Source of the DNA: a virus
Taxonomy: Duplodnaviria; Caudoviricetes
Virus record (IMG/VR): IMGVR_UViG_3300030329_003758
Coordinates: 1-60,424 of that record
Length of the DNA: 60,424 bases
Direction: 5' to 3' (one strand)
In this document: positions 54,664 through 60,424 of the stretch, piece after piece
How the letters are laid out: each line of letters begins with the position of its first letter
Numbering within the stretch: the first letter of the stretch is position 1
The notes under the pieces: generated by a model
Databases searched by the model: none
What the model was told of the DNA's origin: nothing
Seen by the model: the letters and a program-made list of their open reading frames with translations, nothing else
Translations under genes and position numbers: made by a program

Positions 54664-55400
54664 TGTCTTTTGTTTTTCCTCGTAATTGCGAGAAGGATAG
54701 CTGGCCTCTTGATTTGGAAGCCCTCAATGAGAACTTTCAAGATGTAGTTTCTGAGGTCCAAGGAAATCTGGGCGAGCATAATTGGAAGCAAGGTGCTTTT
54801 ACTAATCTGACAGATATGGAGATTAGTGAGAGTGAATCTCCAATTGTATGTCAGAGCACATTCAACTGGGGAAGCGCTCTAGGTTTTAAGAACCACTTAG
54901 ATCCTCCAGCTGTGCTTCAGCCCGGTACTGTCAGTATCGCTCTTAATCAATGGAAGGTTCCAAATACTTACGATTGGGCAGTAGTAGGCACAGATGTCGC
55001 TACAGGAAATACACCTGTTAATGCAATGTCTAAAACCGTAACAACTCGTTCTGGACTCCTCTGGATTATGGCTTCATTCCAACAACATGGGCAATGGAAG
55101 ACTTGGGCAGCAGAGCCTAATGAGATGCCGGGTGTCCAGTATGGTATTTCTATCGATGGCTCTATTATCCATGAGACTATTCCAGGCTCTCTAGATACCG
55201 GAAATGATCGAGGTGGTTCCGCGATTGGTGTGAGAAGATTCCCAATCGTAGTTGATACTCTCTATCCAATCACACCAGGGCAACATAAGATCGAACTAAA
55301 AGCCCGTCTGGGGCAAGGTCGGGTAGAAACATCCTATGATCCAGATGATGATTTCTATCAGATCGATGCTTACCAATTCATCATTATTGAGTTGCGATAA
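54663..55400 (+). CDS. Tail protein (245 aa)
   Basis: N-terminal LNENFQDV...GNLGEHN anchor-like segment, beta-rich C-terminus; TAATG-coupled. Confidence 0.7.
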   Translation: MSFVFPRNCEKDSWPLDLEALNENFQDVVSEVQGNLGEHNWKQGAFTNLTDMEISESESPIVCQSTFNWGSALGFKNHLDPPAVLQPGTVSIALNQWKVPNTYDWAVVGTDVATGNTPVNAMSKTVTTRSGLLWIMASFQQHGQWKTWAAEPNEMPGVQYGISIDGSIIHETIPGSLDTGNDRGGSAIGVRRFPIVVDTLYPITPGQHKIELKARLGQGRVETSYDPDDDFYQIDAYQFIIIELR

Positions 55401-56275
55401 TGGCTGATTACACTCCAATCCCTAAAGGCGGACCAGTAACGGCTAATACGATCACAGATCGATTTACAGACGTTCAGGATGAGATCAATTCTCTTGATGA
55501 GATCATGATTGAGCCCCGGTCCTTGGACCATCAGCACTTTGAAAGCCAGATTATCTACTCTGGAAATAAGAGTATTTCTGGGTTCCCTAACCATGCCATC
55601 CAGGGCACAAGTCAGATTCATTATTACGCTAATATGGATCCTAGTGGTCAGGGTTTGAATGAGCCCTATACGTCTGGAACATCAAAGATAGATATGGGCT
55701 GGACTTCAATTAAAGAAGGTGGTCAATGGAGTACGCTCATGGGGGGATCGGCTCAGACAGGGCAGGAACTCCAGATTAACTTTCCTACATCATATATAGT
55801 TGGCGATACGCTAAACGGTGTTGCTGGGATCCTCGTAATGGCCAACATTGAGGTGGTTAAGCTCGGTCCGTCATACCTTGTCGATACGAGCACACACGGA
55901 TCTCCAGCTGTGCAGCATGGTACTGATCATCTTGCTCGGTTTGTTCTACAAGCTCGTATGGACCAGGGAAATGGCCCAACCTGGAGAAATATCCATGGCT
56001 CTCATCGATTCCTAGAATGCGATACGCTAGTTCAGCAGAATGGAATTTCAGGGTCGGGCGCAACAGCAATTATTGATAAGAATTGTGATGTAGCAATCCG
56101 TGCGATGGTCCATGACATGGGTGGTACAGCCCAAATTGATGCTGTTCGAGTTTTGGTCGCAGTTCGCCGCGCCCATTCGGGGGGGAATCAAGCTCTTCAA
56201 CCGACCTGTGTTGGTCTTAGGCATTGTGATTTGACATCGATTGTGTTCCATGGTCATTTTCGAGGTTCATGGTAA
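55400..56275 (+). CDS. Tail protein (291 aa)
   Basis: G.PVTANTITDRFTDVQDEINSL N-terminus similar to neighbours; TAATG-coupled. Confidence 0.7.
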   Translation: MADYTPIPKGGPVTANTITDRFTDVQDEINSLDEIMIEPRSLDHQHFESQIIYSGNKSISGFPNHAIQGTSQIHYYANMDPSGQGLNEPYTSGTSKIDMGWTSIKEGGQWSTLMGGSAQTGQELQINFPTSYIVGDTLNGVAGILVMANIEVVKLGPSYLVDTSTHGSPAVQHGTDHLARFVLQARMDQGNGPTWRNIHGSHRFLECDTLVQQNGISGSGATAIIDKNCDVAIRAMVHDMGGTAQIDAVRVLVAVRRAHSGGNQALQPTCVGLRHCDLTSIVFHGHFRGSW

Positions 56276-56934
56276 TGTCAACTCTAACTATTACATCTTT
56301 AACTAATGTAGTTCCAGACCAGAAAACCGAAGCATCTAAGGTAATGGAAGCCTTCTATGCAGAAGGAATGCTAAACAATAGTCTAGAGATCATTAATGGC
56401 CATCTAGACACTGTTAATCTACGGAATTCGGATTGTATCGGAATCTCCCAGATTAAGCAGAACGCTTTAGTTAATGGAAAGATGATCGGACAAACAGGGA
56501 ATCTAGACTATACAAGTCGTACTTTTCCCGACACTTCAGAGGATGCTGGGGCTTTCACACCAATTCCCGGCGCTTCAGTAGAGTTCTATCTCCCTTATGA
56601 CTGTTCTCTGGTAATCTTTACTTGGATGGTTACCGCTCTAAATACGATGAATTACTCAGTTTCAGGCACAACAACCGCGACAAGTGAGAATACTTTCCGG
56701 TTTGTTGTAGATGGAGATTCCAAGCAAGTTCGCAGTGCCCCACCAGGGCAGGATACCAGTAGTACTGGTAGCCCAGCTCAGCAGCATCGAACTCGGCTAT
56801 GGTCAGGTCAGTATCTGGCTCATGGGCCTTCTGCTCTAACTAAGGGTTGGCACTCAGCAGGTGTTGAGATTTTCATTAACGAGGGTATGTCCCGCGTTAG
56901 GATTCGCAATATGAAAGTACTGTGGTTTAAGTAG
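56275..56934 (+). CDS. Tail protein (219 aa)
   Basis: Start revised to ATG 56275 (TAATG overlap, GAGGT RBS); EASKVMEAF...INGHLDTVN N-terminus; LTKGWHS versus ITPGQHK in the 245-aa gene. Confidence 0.7.
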   Translation: MSTLTITSLTNVVPDQKTEASKVMEAFYAEGMLNNSLEIINGHLDTVNLRNSDCIGISQIKQNALVNGKMIGQTGNLDYTSRTFPDTSEDAGAFTPIPGASVEFYLPYDCSLVIFTWMVTALNTMNYSVSGTTTATSENTFRFVVDGDSKQVRSAPPGQDTSSTGSPAQQHRTRLWSGQYLAHGPSALTKGWHSAGVEIFINEGMSRVRIRNMKVLWFK

Positions 56935-56942
56935 GAGGCATC

Positions 56943-57434
56943 ATGGCAAAAGAAGATCGCCTAGCACGCCAAGCTGATAGAAGGCAGAAAAAGCTTGATA
57001 AGTGGCAACGGAAGGTCGAACAGGGTCGAGCAATCTCAGATAAAAAGGTTGCAAAGCTCGGTGCTGCTCAAGCTGCCCTAGCTCAACAAGAGCTTGAAAA
57101 GCCTCTAACTCGCGCTGATTTTACTGAGGCTCAGGAAGATGCTACCGCTGATGTCGGAGCCATGTATCAAGCTCAGATGGCTGGACAGCCAATGGGTATG
57201 TCAAACCAACCTGGGCAACTTGTACAGCAAGTACGTCGGATGCGGGAAGGAATGTCGGGAGATGTTCTTCAGAGAGCTGTATCTGAAGTAGATTTGAAAG
57301 AGCAGATCCGAGAGAAGCGACTCGCTGCAAAGAAGGCTGAGTATCTTAAGTGGATTGCAATGAAATCTGCCAATAAAAAACAACAAGCACAGATGGCGTC
57401 GATGGCAATGCAGGGCTCGATGACACAGGAGTAG
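56943..57434 (+). CDS. Putative ejection protein (163 aa)
   Basis: AGGAGG RBS; Gln/Ala/Lys-rich helical protein, first of three progressively larger genes after the tail genes. Confidence 0.7.
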   Translation: MAKEDRLARQADRRQKKLDKWQRKVEQGRAISDKKVAKLGAAQAALAQQELEKPLTRADFTEAQEDATADVGAMYQAQMAGQPMGMSNQPGQLVQQVRRMREGMSGDVLQRAVSEVDLKEQIREKRLAAKKAEYLKWIAMKSANKKQQAQMASMAMQGSMTQE

Positions 57435-57443
57435 GGGAATCCG

Positions 57444-60347
57444 ATGGCAGAGAAGATAAATAAGCAAGATCTCTTTGCTCAAGTAAGAGATATGCAGCGA
57501 GAGCGCCGTCGCTACGCAGCGAGACGGGGTGCAGAACAGCTACGTCGTACAGGTGCTGGTCTAATGGGCCAGACTTCTCAACAGATTCTTGCTGGGGCTC
57601 CTGCTGAGTTCCAAGGTGGGATGTCTAGAGCTGAGAAGATGAAAGAGAGATCTAGACTGGCTGAGATGATGGGTAATCTGTCAGAGATCGAAGCTAATCT
57701 TGCAAAGGAGCGTTCTGTCTCTCGTCGTGAGATGAGCCGCAATATGCTGACCATGGCAGGGAATCTCCTTGAATATGATCTAGGGCGGCAAGGACACCTA
57801 AGTGAACAGCAGACAGCTAAGATCACGGGTGAGTACCAGTCTTTCCAAGAAAGAATGAAGGCTCTAGAGACAGCTCAAAGAACTGATGGTTTCTACGGGA
57901 GATTCACTGACTCTGATGAGGCCAGAATGCAAGCAAACATCAGAGAGGTCTTCAAAGACTATGTTCGGGTTGTAACTAATGAGAAGGGTGAAACTGTACT
58001 TACTAATGTAGAAATTCCAATGGCAGACGGATCGAGCCGAACTGTACCACGCCCTCTGTGGGAAATTCGGGCGGCTCGAAGTGATGAGCATGTAAAAGCG
58101 GCAAAAGATCTCCAGAATTTCTTTATAGGTCTTTCTGATGACCAGAAGATCTTGTTTAGGAACGAGTTCTCTAAAGTTTATGGCGGAGTTGATCCACTTG
58201 AATGGCTGCTCCCCACCGCACCCGGTGAGGAAGCGCATAGAGAACACAGCGCGAACCTAGCAAAACTAGGAATTGATGACCAATCTTTGGGAGATGCTCT
58301 TCTGCAGGCAGAGAGGCAGAAGAATCTTCTGATTGATAAAGATCGGCAGTGGACTCAGAGAAAACAAGGCCTGATTGATGACCTAGAGAATGTCTATGTA
58401 CGGGAGGGTGCGAAGTCGCACGCTACTGATGAGGCCTTCCGTCTAATGCGTCAGGTCGAATTAGCTGAGCAAGACTCACCTCAGGTGATGTGGTCCCCCC
58501 CTCCAGAGGATGCTTCCCTGGAAGAGAAGAGGGCATATATCAAGAAAGAAATGGGTGAGGATTTCACCATCTCAGACGAAGGCCATCTCGGGGTAGTAGG
58601 CGATGGTGGCTCATTTATACCAGCACAACATCAAGAAGGTGGACCCCCTGTTGTATTCGATGAGTGGGCTACTGCTCAGAGAGTCCGTGCTGCTCAAGGG
58701 GCTCCGCAGGGCACTATTGAGAGGGGAAGAACTACAGCAGAAGATGCTCCTAGCCCCTATACAGCTACAGCTAGCGACTATATCGAGACACTTTGGGAGG
58801 AATTGAATCAGCCTGAACCTGGAACTCATATTGAAGAGTTCATTCAGGATCCATCTTTTATCCAGTGGATGAAGGATATGAACTATGGAGATGAATCTTC
58901 TAGTGAGTTGGATAAGCGATGGGCTGCTCGTCAGCTAATCAAGGAAGCTCGGATCTCTGGTCGTGAGCGTCGAGGAGATCGGAGAGAGATTCGAGACAGG
59001 AACATCGTAGAAGGCAAAGCTGTCGCAACTGAAGGCCAGATGAAGCGGGCAAAACGTCGTCTAGCAGCAGTCCAACGACGAGCGGGGGAGACGGGTACAG
59101 ACTCTGCTCAGGTCGCTGCGACTGGAGCAGGTGGAGATGCTGCATCTCCAGAGGCGTTACCAGCCACTCAAGTTACTGAGGGTGATGCTGCTGGAGGGGC
59201 TCCCCAAGATGTGAGGGGAGAGTCGAATGTAGCCCAAACAACTCAGAAGGCCCAAGAACCAGTCGAGATCAAAGGGACTGGAGGGTATACGTATCGACAT
59301 AATCCTGATGGATCAGTTGAGATTGTAAAAGCCCCCAAGGGCAAGGGCGTAGGTACAGTCCTTACAGAGGGTGTGGCATATGATGCCATTATGTCTGAAA
59401 TAGCAGACAAGATTCCTCAAGCTGCTGTAGAGGAAGCCGCTCCGGTGGAGGAAGCTGCTGTAGAAGCTGAGTATGATCAGATGGATGAGCGGGCTATGGA
59501 TGCGGGCTTGTTTGACCAGGGAGAAGCTCCTACAGCTGCCCCCGTCGAAGGCGAGGCTGGATTCACTGCTGGGGATCGTTTACCTGGAGAAGAAGATCCA
59601 CTGACTGCTACAGAACGTGGTGAAGGTCGCAGGGCTCCAGGTCTTGTACAGCCGACTGTTGGGGCAGGTGCTCCCGAATATCACACAGGTAGTAGTGATG
59701 TTGTTGATGCAGGTCAGCAGCTCTCTGCACAAGCCCAGAGACTTGTTGATCGTGCTGTCAGAGAAGAAGTTATCAAACCAGATCAAGCGCTTGTGATTTC
59801 TAAAAACATCACGAATCCGAGTGAGATCGCTCAGACTATTATTCTCTGGGCTCGGGATACTGGAGTTGACATACCTCCTGAGTTTGCTCGTGAGTTGGCT
59901 CTGAATATAGATACTTCTTGGTCTTCTGCTGATCTTGCTGAGCCCACAGCGGGTAGCCAGCGAATGCTTGAAGCAGAAACAGATGGAGAGATGGCTGGAG
60001 AGGTTCAGCAAAAATCGTTTATAGATGAGGAAGGTAAGGAAAGACCTTTGAACTGGGGTGATGAGCCGAGTATCCAGGAAGTGAAGAATCGTGAAGCGGT
60101 CTACCGTAGTCTGATGGAAGATACTGATGAGTCTGATTTTGAGACGAGAACTGGAGGTACGGGTCGAGTACTCCCTCAAGATCTTGAAGCTATGCGTGAG
60201 CAGACAGCAGTAGGGAAGACTATACTAAGGCGGAAGAAAGAACAAGAGGACGCTCTTCGAGAGGCAGTCGCTCCAAACGTACCAGGTACTATGAGAGATC
60301 CTTATGAGACTAAGGGTCGAGCCCGCCGCCGTCGTCGTAGGGGTTGA
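57444..60347 (+). CDS. Putative ejection / internal virion protein (967 aa), allele B C-terminus
   Basis: Helical N-terminus, Ala/Glu-rich linker, ends KGRARRRRRRG; precedes the giant gene on the circle. Confidence 0.8.
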   Translation: MAEKINKQDLFAQVRDMQRERRRYAARRGAEQLRRTGAGLMGQTSQQILAGAPAEFQGGMSRAEKMKERSRLAEMMGNLSEIEANLAKERSVSRREMSRNMLTMAGNLLEYDLGRQGHLSEQQTAKITGEYQSFQERMKALETAQRTDGFYGRFTDSDEARMQANIREVFKDYVRVVTNEKGETVLTNVEIPMADGSSRTVPRPLWEIRAARSDEHVKAAKDLQNFFIGLSDDQKILFRNEFSKVYGGVDPLEWLLPTAPGEEAHREHSANLAKLGIDDQSLGDALLQAERQKNLLIDKDRQWTQRKQGLIDDLENVYVREGAKSHATDEAFRLMRQVELAEQDSPQVMWSPPPEDASLEEKRAYIKKEMGEDFTISDEGHLGVVGDGGSFIPAQHQEGGPPVVFDEWATAQRVRAAQGAPQGTIERGRTTAEDAPSPYTATASDYIETLWEELNQPEPGTHIEEFIQDPSFIQWMKDMNYGDESSSELDKRWAARQLIKEARISGRERRGDRREIRDRNIVEGKAVATEGQMKRAKRRLAAVQRRAGETGTDSAQVAATGAGGDAASPEALPATQVTEGDAAGGAPQDVRGESNVAQTTQKAQEPVEIKGTGGYTYRHNPDGSVEIVKAPKGKGVGTVLTEGVAYDAIMSEIADKIPQAAVEEAAPVEEAAVEAEYDQMDERAMDAGLFDQGEAPTAAPVEGEAGFTAGDRLPGEEDPLTATERGEGRRAPGLVQPTVGAGAPEYHTGSSDVVDAGQQLSAQAQRLVDRAVREEVIKPDQALVISKNITNPSEIAQTIILWARDTGVDIPPEFARELALNIDTSWSSADLAEPTAGSQRMLEAETDGEMAGEVQQKSFIDEEGKERPLNWGDEPSIQEVKNREAVYRSLMEDTDESDFETRTGGTGRVLPQDLEAMREQTAVGKTILRRKKEQEDALREAVAPNVPGTMRDPYETKGRARRRRRRG

Positions 60348-60424
60348 TATCCATGAGCCGTGATGTTGTTGCAGAGTATAAAGCTTATCGGCAGGCTCAA
60401 CAGGCTGCCCAGGGGGCTCTATAT
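59605..60424. repeat. Right copy of imperfect terminal duplication (allelic to 1-718)
   Basis: See 1-718; includes the first codons of the giant gene (MSRDVVAEY...). Confidence 0.95.

Noticed and set aside
1-60424. Integrase, lysogeny module or tRNA genes
   Set aside because: No tyrosine or serine recombinase motif in any ORF, and no tRNA cloverleaf seen by eye in the intergenic regions; a tRNAscan-SE run would settle the latter.

Overview
The window is an essentially complete tailed-phage genome of about 59.7 kb with a podovirus-like gene layout. It circularises through its ends, which carry two divergent alleles of the same ~650 bp segment (1-98 = 59605-59702; 642-718 = 60348-60424). The plus-strand arm (37.5 kb to the end, continuing at 1-15.1 kb) encodes a putative regulator, terminase, portal, scaffold, major capsid, decoration, adaptor, nozzle, tail and ejection proteins, a 2990-aa internal virion protein, a tail-fibre module and lysis genes. 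The minus-strand arm has two parts. The replication/recombination part (15.1-27.6 kb) encodes a Rad50-like ATPase, a family-4-UDG/PolA fusion, SSB, a Sak4-like ATPase, HNH, a Cas4-like nuclease, an SNF2 helicase and an AEP primase-helicase. The early region (28.7-37.1 kb) has a MoxR-AAA + peptidase/VWA + DUF6744-like operon, two unannotated hydrophobic micro-peptides and several small Cys-rich proteins. The most striking unexplained signal is a structured 5' leader repeated three times in front of early genes (36.0-37.0 kb), with covarying stems, a conserved hexaloop and an anti-Shine-Dalgarno pairing. I found no integrase, tRNA, CRISPR array or reverse transcriptase. All family names come from motif recognition by eye, not from database searches.
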